Assembly: GCF_037042905.1 (NCBI RefSeq)
Contig: NC_087245.1
Location: 12,712,001 to 12,776,000, forward strand
Source of the DNA: Lytechinus pictus
Taxonomy: Eukaryota
Reading direction: 5' to 3'
DNA length: 64,000 nt
Shown here: in pieces, positions 62,758-64,000 of the stretch
Layout of the letters: each line of letters begins with the position of its first letter
Numbering within the stretch: the first letter of the stretch is position 1
The notes under the pieces: generated by a model
Told to the model about the DNA's origin: nothing
What the model saw: only the letters and a program-made list of their open reading frames with translations
Database searches by the model: none
Made by a program: the position numbers and the translations under genes

Positions 62758-64000
62758 ACAGTGCTTCACAATGAATATTTCACCTTTGGGCGATTCCACA
62801 CTAGAACTTCAAAAATATCATAAATATTAACATGCTTTCAATAAGTCATAAGTAGTGTAATATTTTACTATGATACCGAAATTTTATGAAAATAATGAAT
62901 TTTAACCAAAAGTGAAGTCAGATATAGTTTTTTTAGGGGCGAACAATGGAATTTTCAATTTTCAATAATTTTGCTGAATAAATAATCAAGTACAAACACT
63001 GCCTGAAACAATTATTGGCAAAGCACGAGAAGATTGAAAATATTGCAGGTCAATGGAATAATGTATCATTGAATGTTCCAAATAATATCTACAACATTTT
63101 CATGATCCATAATAGGGGCAGCCCTGATTTTTCCGAACCTATTTTTGGCAATGTCCCGTACGACACATGAAAGTGCAAAAGTTTTTCCTACAATTTTATT
63201 TTTGATGATGCAATTTCACAAAATCAGTTTCTCTATCTTTGACCCATGGGTGATCGATTTATCCCATAAGGATCTAATTACTGCCCTTCATTTTTCAATA
63301 AATGTCTTATTAATAGTTGTCCCGTATGACACACAATATATAACGCATTCAATTACAGGATTTGGATTCAGAAACTATAGATAGTAGGCCTATTTTAATT
63401 CAAGTAATTGATTTGACATAAAGTGAACTGAAAAAGTACTTTTTTATCTCCATAGAACATGAAATAGGTTATTCTAACCATTTTAATTGATTTCATGTAG
63501 GCGTATTTTTGTGAATCCCTCCAGCTAAACTGGTGATTTTCACTGGTCAGGGCAGGTTAATTTCTTTGTCATTGAGCATGAAAAGAAAACCTTTATAATT
63601 GATTCACCCTAGCCTGGAAGATGACTTCCTCTTGCATGCTAATGTGGAATTATTATAAGAAAATTAAGATGTGAAAAAAATTACATATCAATCATCTATT
63701 TGGACTTCTCTTGAATAATCACTTACTTTTTTATATACAGTATTGAAACTCCTTACTTTTTTCATGTTGTAAAAAAACTCTGGAAAATAAGACAAGCCAT
63801 GTTGTTCACAAAAAATCTGGAAAATAAGACAAACCATATGGTTTCATGAAATGCAGAAAGGTTTAAAAAAGTAGAACCGCATTTCTTTAGAAAAAAATAT
63901 TTTGTGGAATTACAAGTGACAGTTGTGACATATATCATATGTATACATACATTTTATATGAAAATTTTTAACATTTTAGCCCCATAATTTACACAAACAG
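62757..64000 (+). mobile_element. Possible Transib-like non-autonomous element starting with CACAGTG (other end not seen)
   Basis: CACAGTG at 62757-62763 followed by AT-rich MITE-like sequence. The terminus is unpaired within the window. Confidence 0.3.

Noticed and set aside
49876..64000. Further Rab5 exons (AAFLTQTV... onward)
   Set aside because: No matching coding segment found; the intron runs past the window end.

Overview
AT-rich, intron- and repeat-rich metazoan DNA, not prokaryotic. The repeat families look sea-urchin/echinoderm-like, which is an inference. Three spliced genes were reconstructed by hand from GT-AG boundaries and phase continuity. (1) The last five coding exons of a + strand AT-hook/C2H2 zinc-finger gene (4171-17340; start upstream of the window). 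(2) A complete nine-exon - strand EFHB (EF-hand domain family member B / FAP21-like) gene, CDS 39349->28170, 595 aa. (3) The 5' part of a + strand Rab5 gene (candidate non-coding first exons at ~38.9 and ~40.15 kb; first coding exon 49716-49875; the rest lies beyond the window). EFHB and Rab5 are head-to-head, the same arrangement I recall for human EFHB-RAB5A. Introns are packed with non-autonomous DNA transposons (Tc1/mariner, Tc2/pogo, hAT, Harbinger, Kolobok, piggyBac-like, Helentron/DINE-1-like), often nested. There are also foldback palindromes, a 347-bp higher-order tandem array and two recent tandem duplications. No intact transposase, RNA gene or CRISPR array was seen. I found no clearly new system; the best leads are the EFHB-Rab5 divergent promoter and several unusual transposon junctions.
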